A stretch of DNA of 64,000 nucleotides from Eledone cirrhosa. Lineage: Eukaryota. The stretch is taken from the NCBI GenBank assembly GCA_964016885.1, contig OZ024743.1, forward strand, positions 143,034,001-143,098,000. Reading direction: 5' to 3'. The notes under the pieces are model-generated. The model did no database searches and had not been told where the DNA came from. It saw only the letters and a list, made by a program, of their open reading frames with translations. Numbering within the stretch: position 1 is the stretch's first letter; the number at the start of each line of letters is the position of its first letter. Positions 32,300-44,200 of this stretch are shown here, one piece after another. The translations under genes were made by a program, and so were the position numbers.

Positions 32300-35200
32300 T
32301 GCTTGTTGCTTGATGTTTGGTGTTTGGTGCTTGGTGTTTGGTGCTTGGTGCTTGGTGCTTGGTGCTTGGTGCTTGGTGTTAGGTATTTGGTGCTTGGTGC
32401 TTGGTGTTTGGTGCTTGGTGTTTGGTGTTTGCTGTTTGGTGTTTGGTGTTTGCTGTTTGGTGTTTGCTGTTTGGTGTTTGGTGTTTGCTGTTTGCTGTTT
32501 GGTCTTTGGTGCTTGGTGTTTGGTGCTTGGTGTTTGGTGTTTGGTGCTTGGTGCTTGGTGTTTGGTGTTTGGTGCTTGGTGCTTGGTGTTTGGTGTTTGG
32601 TGTTTGGTGCTTGGTGTCTGGTGCTTGGTGTTTGGTGCTTGGTGTTTGGTGTTTGGTGCTTGGTGCTTGGTGTTTGGTGTTTGGTGCTTGGTGTTTGGTG
32701 TTTGGTGCTTGTTGCTTGGTGCTTGATGTTTGGTGCTTGGTGCTTGGTGTTTGGTGCTGGGTGCTTGGTGCTTGGTATTTGGTGTTTGGTGCTTGGTGCT
32801 TGGTGTTTGGTGTTTGGTGTTATATGCTTGGTGTTTGATGCTTGGTGTTTGGTGTTTGGTGTTTGGTGCTTGGTGCTTGGTGTTTGGTGCTTGGTGCTGA
32901 GTGGTTGGTGTTTGGTGCTTGGTGTTTGGTGCTGGGTGCTTGGTGTTTGGTGCTGGGTGCTTGGTGTTTGGTGCTTGGTGCTTGGTCTTTGGTGCTTGGT
33001 GTTTGGTGCTTGGTGCTTGGTGCTTGGTGTTTGGTGCTTGGTGCTTGGTGTTTGGTGCTTGGTGCTTGGTGTTTGCTGTTTGCTGTTTGGTGTTTGTTGT
33101 TTGGTGTTTGTTGTTTGGTGTTTGCTGTTTGGTGTTTGGTGTTTGGTGTTTGGTGCTTGGTGCTTGGTGTTTGGTGCCTGGTGCTTGGTGCTTGGTGCTT
33201 GGTGTTTGGTGTTTGGTGCTTGGTGCTTGGTGCTTGGTGTTTGGTGCTTGGTGCTTGGTGTTAGGTGTTTCGTGTTTGGTTTTTGGTGCTTGGTGCATGG
33301 TGCTTGGTCCTTGGTGTTAGGTGCTGGGTGCTTTGTGTTTGGTGCTTGGTGCTTGGTGTTTGGTGTTTGCTGCTTGGTGCTTGATGCTTGGTGTTTGGTG
33401 CTTGGTGCTTGGTGCTTGGTGTTTGTACTTGGTGCTTGGTGCTTGGTGTTTGGTTGTTGGTTCTTGGTGTTTGGTGTTTGGCATTTGGTGTTTGGTGCTT
33501 GGTGCTTGGTGTTTGGTGCTTGGTGCTTGGTGTTTGGTGCCTGGTGCTTGGTGCTTGGTGCTTGGTGTTTGGAGTTTGGTGTTTGGTGCTTGGTGCTTGG
33601 TGCTTGGTCCTTGGTGTTTGGTGCTGGGTGCTTTGTGTTTGGTGATTGGTGCTTGGTGTTTGGTGTTTGCTGCTTGGTGTTTGATGCTTGGTGCTTGGTG
33701 TTTTGTGTTTGGTGCTTGGTGCTTGGTGTTTGGTGCTTGGTGCTTGGTTCTTGGTGTTTGGTACTTGGTGCTTGGTGCTTGGTGCTTGGTGTTAGGTATT
33801 TGGTGCTTGGTGCTTCGTGTTTGGTGCTTGGTGTTTGGTGTTTGCTGTTTGGAGTTTGGTGTTTGGTGTTTGGTTTTGCTGTCTGGTGTCTGCTTTTTGG
33901 TGTTTAGTGTTTGCTGTATGGTGTTTGCTGTTTCGTGTTTGGTGTTTGCTGTTTGGTGTTTGGTCTTTGGTGCTTGGTGTTTGGTGCTTGGTGTTTGGTG
34001 TTTGGTGCTTGCTGCTTGGTGTTTGGTGTTTGGTGCTTGGTGCTTGGTGTTTGGTGTTTAGTGTTTGGTGATTGGTGTCTGATGCTTGGTGTTTGGTGTT
34101 TGGTGCTTGGTGTTTGGTGTTTGGTGATTGGTGCTTGGTGTTTGGTGTTTGCTGCTTGGTGTTTGATGCTAGGTGCTTGGTGTTTTGTGTTTGGTGCTTG
34201 GTGCTTGGTGTTTGGTGCTTGGTGCTTGGTGCTTGGTGTTTGTACTTGGTGCTTGGTGCTTGGTGTTTGGTTCTTGGTTCTTGGTGTTTGGTACTTGGTG
34301 CTTGGTGTTTGGTGTTTGCTGTTTGGTGTCTGCTTTTTGGTGTTCAGTGTTTGCTGTATGGTGTTTGGTGTTTGCTGTTTGGTGTTTGGTCTTTGGTGCT
34401 TGGTGTTTGGTGCTCGGTGCTTGGTGTTTGGTATTCGGTGCTTGGTGCTTGGTGTTTGGTGCTTGGTGTTTGGTGTTTGGTGTTTGGTGCTTGGTGTCTG
34501 GTGCTTGGTGTTTGGTGCTTGGTGTTTGGTGTTTGGTGCTTGGTGTTTGGTGTTTGGTGTTTGGTGCTTGGTGCTTAGTGTTTGGTGTTTGGTGTTTCGT
34601 GCTTGGTGTCTGGTCCTTGGTGTTTGGTGTTTGGTGCTTGGTGTTTGGTGTTTGGTGTTTGGTGCTTGGTGCTTGGTGCTTGGTGTTTGGTGTTTGGTGT
34701 TTGGTGCTTGGTGCTTGGTGTTTGGTGCTTGGTGCTGAGTGGTTGGTGTTTGGTGCTTGGTGTTTGGTGCTGGGTGCTGGGTTTTTGGTCCTGGGTGCTT
34801 GGTGTTTGGTGCTTGGTGCTTGGTCTTTGGTGCTTGGTGTTTGGTGCTTGGTGCTTGGTGCTTGGTGTTTGGTGCTTGGTGCTTGGTGTTTGGTGCTTGG
34901 TGCTTAGTGTTTGGTGCTAGGTGCTTGGTGTTTGGTGCTTGGTGTTTGGTGCTTGGTGCTTGGTGTTTGGTGTTTGGTGTTTGGTGCTTGGTGCTTGGTG
35001 TTTGCTGTTTGCTGTTTGGTGTTTGTTGTTTGGTGTTTGTTGTTTGGTGTTTGCTGTTTGGTGTTTGGTGTTTGCTTTTTGGTGTTTGGTGTTTGCTGTA
35101 TGTTGTTTGCTGTTTGGTGTTTGGTGTTTGGTGTTTGGTGTTTGGTGTTTGGTGCTTGGTGTTTGGTACTTGGTGCTTGGTGTTTGGTGCCTGGTGCTTG

Positions 35201-38200
35201 GTGCTTGATGCTTGGTGTTTGGTGTTTGGTGCTTGGTGCTTGGTGTTTCGTGATTGGTGCTTATTTTTTTGTGTTTCGTGTTTGGTTTTTGGTGCTTGGT
35301 GCTTGGTGCTTGGTCCTTGGTGTTTGGTGCTGGGTGCTTTGTGTTTGCTGCTTGGTGCTTGGTGCTTGGTGTTTGGTGTTTGCTGCTTGGTGTTTGATGC
35401 TTGGTGCTTGGTGCTTGGTGTTTTGTGTTTGGTGCTTGGTGCTTGGTGTTTGGTGCTTTGTGCTTGGTGCTTGGTGTTTGTACTTGGTGCTTGTTGCTTG
35501 GTGTTTGGTTCTTGGTTCTTGGTGTTTGGTGTTTTGCGTTTGGTGTTTGGTGCTTGGTGCTTGGTGTTTGGTGCTTGGTGCTTGGTGTTTGGTGCCTGGT
35601 GCTTGGTGCTTGGTGCTTGGTGTTTGGTGTTTGGTGCTTGGTGCTTGGAGTTTGGTGTTTGGTGCTTGGTGCTTGGTGCTTGGTCCTTGGTGTTTGGTGC
35701 TGGGTGCTTTGTGTTTGGTGATTGGTGCTTGGTGTTTGGTGTTTGCTGCTTGGTGTTTGATGCTTAGTGTTTTGTATTTGGTGCTTGGTGCTTGGTGTTT
35801 GGTGCTTGGTGCTTGGTGCTTGGTGTTTCTACTTGGTGCTTGGTGCTTGGTGCTTGGTGCTTGGTGTTAGGTATTTGGTGCTTGGTGCTTCGTGTTTGGT
35901 GCTTGGTGTTTGGTGTTTGCTGTTTGGAGTTTGGTGTTTGGTGTTTGGTTTTGCTGTCTGGTGTCTGCTTTTTGGTGTTTAGTGTTTGCTGTATGGTGTT
36001 TGCTGTTTCGTGTTTGGTGTTTGCTGTTTGGTGTTTGGTCTTTGGTGCTTGGTGTTTGGTGCTTGGTGTTTGGTGTTTGGTGCTTGCTGCTTGGTGTTTG
36101 GTGTTTGGTGCTTGGTGCTTGGTGTTTGGTGTTTAGTGTTTGGTGCTTGGTGTCTGATGCTTGGTGTTTGGTGTTTGGTGCTTGGTGCTTGGTGCTTGGT
36201 GTTTGGTGCCTGGTGCTTGGTGCTTGGTGCTTGGTCCTTGGTGTTTGGTGCTGGGTGCTTTGTGTTTGGTGCTTGGTGCTTGGTGCTTGGTGTTTGGTGT
36301 TTGCTGCTTGGTGTTTGATGCTTGGTGCTTGGTGCTTGGTGTTTTGTGTTTGGTGCTTGGTGCTTGGTGTTTGGTGCTTGGTGCTTGGTGCTTGGTGTTT
36401 GTACTTGGTGCTTGGTGCTTGGTGTTTGGTTCTTGGTTATTGGTGTTTGGTTTTTTGCGTTTGGTTTTTGGTGCTTGGTGCTTGGTGTTTGGTGCTTGGT
36501 GCTTGGTGTTTGGTGCCTGGTGCTTGGTGCTTGGTGCTTGGTGTTTGGTGTTTGGTGCTTGGTGCTTGGAGTTTGGTGTTTGGTGCTTGGTGCTTGGTGC
36601 TTGGTCCTTGGTGTTTGGTGCTGGGTGCTTTGTGTTTGGTGATTGGTGCTTGGTGTTTGGTGTTTGCTGCTTGGTGTTTGATGCTTGGTGTTTTGTATTT
36701 GGTGCTTGGTGCTTGGGGTTTGGTGCTTGGTGCTTGGTGCTTGGTGTTTCTACTTGGTGCTTGGTGCTTGGTGTTTGGTTCTTGGTTCTTGGTGTTTGGT
36801 ACTTGGTGCTTGGTGCTTGTTGCTTGATGTTTGGTGTTTGGTGCTTGGTGTTTGGTGCTTGGTGCTTGGTGCTTGGTGCTTGGTGCTTGGTGCTTGGTGT
36901 TAGGTATTTGGTGCTTGGTGCTTGGTGTTTGGTGCTTGGTGTTTGGTGTTTGCTGTTTGGTGTTTGGTGTTTGTTGTTTGGTGTTTGCTGTTTGGTGTTT
37001 GGTGTTTGCTGTTTGGTGTTTGGTCTTTGGTGCTTGGTGTTTGGTGCTTGGTGTTTGGTGTTTGGTGCTTGTCGCTTGGTGTTTGGTGTTTGGTGCTTGG
37101 TGCTTGGTGTTTGGTGTTTGGTGTTTAGTGCTTGGTGTCTGGTGCTTGGTGTTTGGTGCTTGGTGTTTGGTGTTTGGTGCTTGGTGCTTGGTGTTTGGTG
37201 TTTGGTGCTTGGTGTTTGGTGTTTGGTGCTTGTTGCTTGGTGCTTGATGTTTGGTGCTTGGTGCTTGGTGTTTGGTGCTGGGTGCTTGGTGCTTGGTATT
37301 TGGTGTTTGGTGCTTGGTGCTTGGTGTTTGGTGTTTGGTGTTATATGCTTGGTGTTTGATGCTTGGTGTTTGGTGTTTGGTGCTTGGTGCTTGGTGTTTG
37401 GTGCTTGGTGTTTGGTGTTTGCTGTTTGGTGTTTGGTGTTTGTTGTTTGGTGTTTGCTGTTTGGTGTTTGGTGTTTGCTGTTTGGTGTTTGGTCTTTGGT
37501 GCTTGGTGTTTGGTGCTTGGTGTTTGGTGTTTGGTGCTTGGTGCTTGGTGTTTGGTGTTTGGTGCTTGGTGCTTGGTGTTTGGTGTTTGGTGTTTAGTGC
37601 TTGGTGTCTGGTGCTTGGTGTTTGGTGCTTGGTGTTTGGTGTTTGGTGCTTGGTGCTTGGTGTTTGGTGTTTGGTGCTTGGTGTTTGGTGTTTGGTGCTT
37701 GTTGCTTGGTGCTTGATGTTTGGTGCTTGGTGCTTGGTGTTTGGTGCTGGGTGCTTGGTGCTTGGTATTTGGTGTTTGGTGCTTGGTGCTTGGTGTTTGG
37801 TGTTTGGTGTTATATGCTTGGTGTTTGATGCTTGGTGTTTGGTGTTTGGTGTTTGGTGCTTGGTGCTTGGTGTTTGGTGCTTGGTGCTGAGTGGTTGGTG
37901 TTTGGTGCTTGGTGTTTGGTGCTGGGTGCTTGGTGTTTGGTGCTGGGTGCTTGGTGTTTGGTGCTTGGTGCTTGGTCTTTGGTGCTTGGTGTTTGGTGCT
38001 TGGTGCTTGGTGCTTGGTGCTTGGTGTTTGGTGCTTGGTGTTTGGTGCTTGGTGCTTGGTGTTTGCTGTTTGCTGTTTGGTGTTTGTTGTTTGGTGTTTG
38101 TTGTTTGGTGTTTGCTGTTTGGTGTTTGGTGTTTGCTTTTTGGTGTTTGGTGTTTGCTGTATGTTGTTTGCTGTTTGGTGTTTGGTGTTTGGTGTTTGGT

Positions 38201-41200
38201 GCTTGGTGCTTGGTGCTTGGTGTTTGGTGCCTGGTGCTTGGTGCTTGGTGCTTGGTGTTTGGTGTTTGGTGCTTGGTGCTTGGTGCTTGGTGTTTGGTGC
38301 TTGGTGCTTGGTGTTTTGTGTTTCGTGTTTGGTTTTTGGTGCTTGGTGCATGGTGCTTGGTCCTTGGTGTTAGGTGCTGGGTGCTTTGTGTTTGGTGCTT
38401 GGTGCTTGGTGTTTGGTGTTTGCTGCTTGGTGCTTGATGCTTGGTGTTTGGTGCTTGGTGCTTGGTGCTTGGTGTTTGTACTTGGTGCTTGGTGCTTGGT
38501 GTTTGGTTCTTGGTTCTTGGTGTTTGGTGTTTGGCATTTGGTGTTTGGTGCTTGGTGCTTGGTGTTTGGTGCTTGGTGCTTGGTGTTTGGTGCCTGGTGC
38601 TTGGTGCTTGGTGCTTGGTGCTTGTTGCTTGATGTTTGGTGTTTGGTGCTTGGTGTTTGGTGCTTGGTGCTTGGTGCTTGGTGCTTGGTGCTTGGTGCTT
38701 GGTGTTAGGTATTTGGTGCTTGGTGCTTGGTGTTTGGTGCTTGGTGTTTGGTGTTTGCTGTTTGGTGTTTGGTGTTTGCTGTTTGGTGTTTGCTGTTTGG
38801 TGTTTGGTGTTTGCTGTTTGGTGTTTGGTCTTTGGTGCTTGGTGTTTGGTGCTTGGTGTTTGGTGTTTGGTGCTTGGTGCTTGGTGTTTGGTGTTTGGTG
38901 CTTGGTGCTTGGTGTTTGGTGTTTGGTGTTTGGTGCTTGGTGTCTGGTGCTTGGTGTTTGGTGCTTGGTGTTTGGTGTTTGGTGCTTGGTGCTTGGTGTT
39001 TGGTGTTTGGTGCTTGGTGTTTGGTGTTTGGTGCTTGTTGCTTGGTGCTTGATGTTTGGTGCTTGGTGCTTGGTGTTTGGTGCTGGGTGCTTGGTGCTTG
39101 GTATTTGGTGTTTGGTGCTTGGTGCTTGGTGTTTGGTGTTTGGTGTTATATGCTTGGTGTTTGATGCTTGGTGTTTGGTGTTTGGTGTTTGGTGCTTGGT
39201 GCTTGGTGTTTGGTGCTTGGTGCTGAGTGGTTGGTGTTTGGTGCTTGGTGTTTGGTGCTGGGTGCTTGGTGTTTGGTGCTGGGTGCTTGGTGTTTGGTGC
39301 TTGGTGCTTGGTCTTTGGTGCTTGGTGTTTGGTGCTTGGTGCTTGGTGCTTGGTGTTTGGTGCTTGGTGCTTGGTGTTTGGTGCTTGGTGCTTGGTGTTT
39401 GCTGTTTGCTGTTTGGTGTTTGTTGTTTGGTGTTTGTTGTTTGGTGTTTGCTGTTTGGTGTTTGGTGTTTGGTGTTTGGTGCTTGGTGCTTGGTGTTTGG
39501 TGCCTGGTGCTTGGTGCTTGGTGCTTGGTGTTTGGTGTTTGGTGCTTGGTGCTTGGTGCTTGGTGTTTGGTGCTTGGTGCTTGGTGTTAGGTGTTTCGTG
39601 TTTGGTTTTTGGTGCTTGGTGCATGGTGCTTGGTCCTTGGTGTTAGGTGCTGGGTGCTTTGTGTTTGGTGCTTGGTGCTTGGTGTTTGGTGTTTGCTGCT
39701 TGGTGCTTGATGCTTGGTGTTTGGTGCTTGGTGCTTGGTGCTTGGTGTTTGTACTTGGTGCTTGGTGCTTGGTGTTTGGTTGTTGGTTCTTGGTGTTTGG
39801 TGTTTGGCATTTGGTGTTTGGTGCTTGGTGCTTGGTGTTTGGTGCTTGGTGCTTGGTGTTTGGTGCCTGGTGCTTGGTGCTTGGTGCTTGGTGTTTGGAG
39901 TTTGGTGTTTGGTGCTTGGTGCTTGGTGCTTGGTCCTTGGTGTTTGGTGCTGGGTGCTTTGTGTTTGGTGATTGGTGCTTGGTGTTTGGTGTTTGCTGCT
40001 TGGTGTTTGATGCTTGGTGCTTGGTGTTTTGTGTTTGGTGCTTGGTGCTTGGTGTTTGGTGCTTGGTGCTTGGTTCTTGGTGTTTGGTACTTGGTGCTTG
40101 GTGCTTGGTGCTTGGTGTTAGGTATTTGGTGCTTGGTGCTTCGTGTTTGGTGCTTGGTGTTTGGTGTTTGTTGTTTGGAGTTTGGTGTTTGGTGTTTGGT
40201 TTTGCTGTCTGGTGTCTGCTTTTTGGTGTTTAGTGTTTGCTGTATGGTGTTTGCTGTTTCGTGTTTGGTGTTTGCTGTTTGGTGTTTGGTCTTTGGTGCT
40301 TGGTGTTTGGTGCTTGGTGTTTGGTGTTTGGTGCTTGCTGCTTGGTGTTTGGTGTTTGGTGCTTGGTGCTTGGTGTTTGGTGTTTAGTGTTTGGTGATTG
40401 GTGTCTGATGCTTGGTGTTTGGTGTTTGGTGCTTGGTGTTTGGTGTTTGGTGATTGGTGCTTGGTGTTTGGTGTTTGCTGCTTGGTGTTTGATGCTAGGT
40501 GCTTGGTGTTTTGTGTTTGGTGCTTGGTGCTTGGTGTTTGGTGCTTGGTGCTTGGTGCTTGGTGTTTGTACTTGGTGCTTGGTGCTTGGTGTTTGGTTCT
40601 TGGTTCTTGGTGTTTGGTACTTGGTGCTTGGTGTTTGGTGTTTGCTGTTTGGTGTCTGCTTTTTGGTGTTCAGTGTTTGCTGTATGGTGTTTGGTGTTTG
40701 CTGTTTGGTGTTTGGTCTTTGGTGCTTGGTGTTTGGTGCTCGGTGCTTGGTGTTTGGTATTCGGTGCTTGGTGCTTGGTGTTTGGTGCTTGGTGTTTGGT
40801 GTTTGGTGTTTGGTGCTTGGTGTCTGGTGCTTGGTGTTTGGTGCTTGGTGTTTGGTGTTTGGTGCTTGGTGTTTGGTGTTTGGTGTTTGGTGCTTGGTGC
40901 TTGGTGTTTGGTGTTTGGTGTTTCGTGCTTGGTGTCTGGTGCTTGGTGTTTGGTGTTTGGTGCTTGGTGTTTGGTGTTTGGTGTTTGGTGCTTGGTGCTT
41001 GGTGCTTGGTGTTTGGTGTTTGGTGTTTGGTGCTTGGTGCTTGGTGTTTGGTGCTTGGTGCTGAGTGGTTGGTGTTTGGTGCTTGGTGTTTGGTGCTGGG
41101 TGCTGGGTTTTTGGTCCTGGGTGCTTGGTGTTTGGTGCTTGGTGCTTGGTCTTTGGTGCTTGGTGTTTGGTGCTTGGTGCTTGGTGCTTGGTGTTTGGTG

Positions 41201-44200
41201 CTTGGTGCTTGGTGTTTGGTGCTTGGTGCTTAGTGTTTGGTGCTAGGTGCTTGGTGTTTGGTGCTTGGTGTTTGGTGCTTGGTGCTTGGTGTTTGGTGTT
41301 TGGTGTTTGGTGCTTGGTGCTTGGTGTTTGCTGTTTGCTGTTTGGTGTTTGTTGTTTGGTGTTTGTTGTTTGGTGTTTGCTGTTTGGTGTTTGGTGTTTG
41401 CTTTTTGGTGTTTGGTGTTTGCTGTATGTTGTTTGCTGTTTGGTGTTTGGTGTTTGGTGTTTGGTGTTTGGTGTTTGGTGCTTGGTGTTTGGTGCTTGGT
41501 GCTTGGTGTTTGGTGCCTGGTGCTTGGTGCTTGATGCTTGGTGTTTGGTGTTTGGTGCTTGGTGCTTGGTGTTTCGTGATTGGTGCTTATTTTTTTGTGT
41601 TTCGTGTTTGGTTTTTGGTGCTTGGTGCTTGGTGCTTGGTCCTTGGTGTTTGGTGCTGGGTGCTTTGTGTTTGCTGCTTGGTGCTTGGTGCTTGGTGTTT
41701 GGTGTTTGCTGCTTGGTGTTTGATGCTTGGTGCTTGGTGCTTGGTGTTTTGTGTTTGGTGCTTGGTGCTTGGTGTTTGGTGCTTTGTGCTTGGTGCTTGG
41801 TGTTTGTACTTGGTGCTTGTTGCTTGGTGTTTGGTTCTTGGTTCTTGGTGTTTGGTGTTTTGCGTTTGGTGTTTGGTGCTTGGTGCTTGGTGTTTGGTGC
41901 TTGGTGCTTGGTGTTTGGTGCCTGGTGCTTGGTGCTTGGTGCTTGGTGTTTGGTGTTTGGTGCTTGGTGCTTGGAGTTTGGTGTTTGGTGCTTGGTGCTT
42001 GGTGCTTGGTCCTTGGTGTTTGGTGCTGGGTGCTTTGTGTTTGGTGATTGGTGCTTGGTGTTTGGTGTTTGCTGCTTGGTGTTTGATGCTTAGTGTTTCG
42101 TATTTGGTGCTTGGTGCTTGGTGTTTGGTGCTTGGTGCTTGGTGCTTGGTGTTTCTACTTGGTGCTTGGTGCTTGGTGCTTGGTGCTTGGTGTTAGGTAT
42201 TTGGTGCTTGGTGCTTCGTGTTTGGTGCTTGGTGTTTGGTGTTTGCTGTTTGGAGTTTGGTGTTTGGTGTTTGGTTTTGCTGTCTGGTGTCTGCTTTTTG
42301 GTGTTTAGTGTTTGCTGTATGGTGTTTGCTGTTTCGTGTTTGGTGTTTGCTGTTTGGTGTTTGGTCTTTGGTGCTTGGTGTTTGGTGCTTGGTGTTTGGT
42401 GTTTGGTGCTTGCTGCTTGGTGTTTGGTGTTTGGTGCTTGGTGCTTGGTGTTTGGTGTTTAGTGTTTGGTGCTTGGTGTCTGATGCTTGGTGTTTGGTGT
42501 TTGGTGCTTGGTGCTTGGTGCTTGGTGTTTGGTGCCTGGTGCTTGGTGCTTGATTCTTGGTGTTTGGTGTTTGGTGCTTGGTGCTTGGTGTTTCGTGATT
42601 GGTGCTTATTTTTTTGTGTTTCGTGTTTGGTTTTTGGTGCTTGGTGCTTGGTGCTTGGTCCTTGGTGTTTGGTGCTGGGTGCTTTGTGTTTGGTGCTTGG
42701 TGCTTGGTGCTTGGTGTTTGGTGTTTGCTGCTTGGTGTTTGATGCTTGGTGCTTGGTGCTTGGTGTTTTGTGTTTGGTGCTTGGTGCTTGGTGTTTGGTG
42801 CTTGGTGCTTGGTGCTTGGTGTTTGTGCTTGGTGCTTGGTGTTTGTACTTGGTGCTTGGTGCTTGGTGTTTGGTTCTTGGTTATTGGTGTTTGGTGTTTT
42901 GCGTTTGGTTTTTGGTGCTTGGTGCTTGGTGTTTGGTGCTTGGTGCTTGGTGTTTGGTGCCTGGTGCTTGGTGCTTGGTGCTTGGTGTTTGGTGTTTGGT
43001 GCTTGGTGCTTGGAGTTTGGTGTTTGGTGCTTGGTGCTTGGTGCTTGGTCCTTGGTGTTTGGTGCTGGGTGCTTTGTGTTTGGTGATTGGTGCTTGGTGT
43101 TTGGTGTTTGCTGCTTGGTGTTTGATGCTTGGTGTTTTGTATTTGGTGCTTGGTGCTTGGGGTTTGGTGCTTGGTGCTTGGTGCTTGGTGTTTCTACTTG
43201 GTGCTTGGTGCTTGGTGTTTGGTTCTTGGTTCTTGGTGTTTGGTACTTGGTGCTTGGTGCTTGTTGCTTGATGTTTGGTGTTTGGTGCTTGGTGTTTGGT
43301 GCTTGGTGCTTGGTGCTTGGTGCTTGGTGCTTGGTGCTTGGTGTTAGGTATTTGGTGCTTGGTGCTTGGTGTTTGGTGCTTGGTGTTTGGTGTTTGCTGT
43401 TTGGTGTTTGGTGTTTGTTGTTTGGTGTTTGCTGTTTGGTGTTTGCTGTTTGGTGTTTGGTCTTTGGTGCTTGGTGTTTGGTGCTTGGTGTTTGGTGTTT
43501 GGTGCTTGTCGCTTGGTGTTTGGTGTTTGGTGCTTGGTGCTTGGTGTTTGGTGTTTGGTGTTTAGTGCTTGGTGTCTGGTGCTTGGTGTTTGGTGCTTGG
43601 TGTTTGGTGTTTGGTGCTTGGTGCTTGGTGTTTGGTGTTTGGTGCTTGGTGTTTGGTGTTTGGTGGTTGTTGCTTGGTGCTTGATGTTTGGTGCTTGGTG
43701 CTTGGTGTTTGGTGCTGGGTGCTTGGTGCTTGGTATTTGGTGTTTGGTGCTTGGTGCTTGGTGTTTGGTGTTTGGTGTTATATGCTTGGTGTTTGATGCT
43801 TGGTGTTTGGTGTTTGGTGTTTGGTGCTTGGTGCTTGGTGTTTGGTGCTTGGTGCTGAGTGGTTGGTGTTTGGTGCTTGGTGTTTGGTGCTGGGTGCTTG
43901 GTGTTTGGTGCTGGGTGCTTGGTGTTTGGTGCTTGGTGCTTGGTCTTTGGTGCTTGGTGTTTGGTGCTTGGTGCTTGGTGCTTGGTGCTTGGTGTTTGGT
44001 GCTTGGTGTTTGGTGCTTGGTGCTTGGTGTTTGCTGTTTGCTGTTTGGTGTTTGTTGTTTGGTGTTTGTTGTTTGGTGTTTGCTGTTTGGTGTTTGGTGT
44101 TTGCTTTTTGGTGTTTGGTGTTTGCTGTATGTTGTTTGCTGTTTGGTGTTTGGTGTTTGGTGTTTGGTGCTTGGTGCTTGGTGCTTGGTGTTTGGTGCCT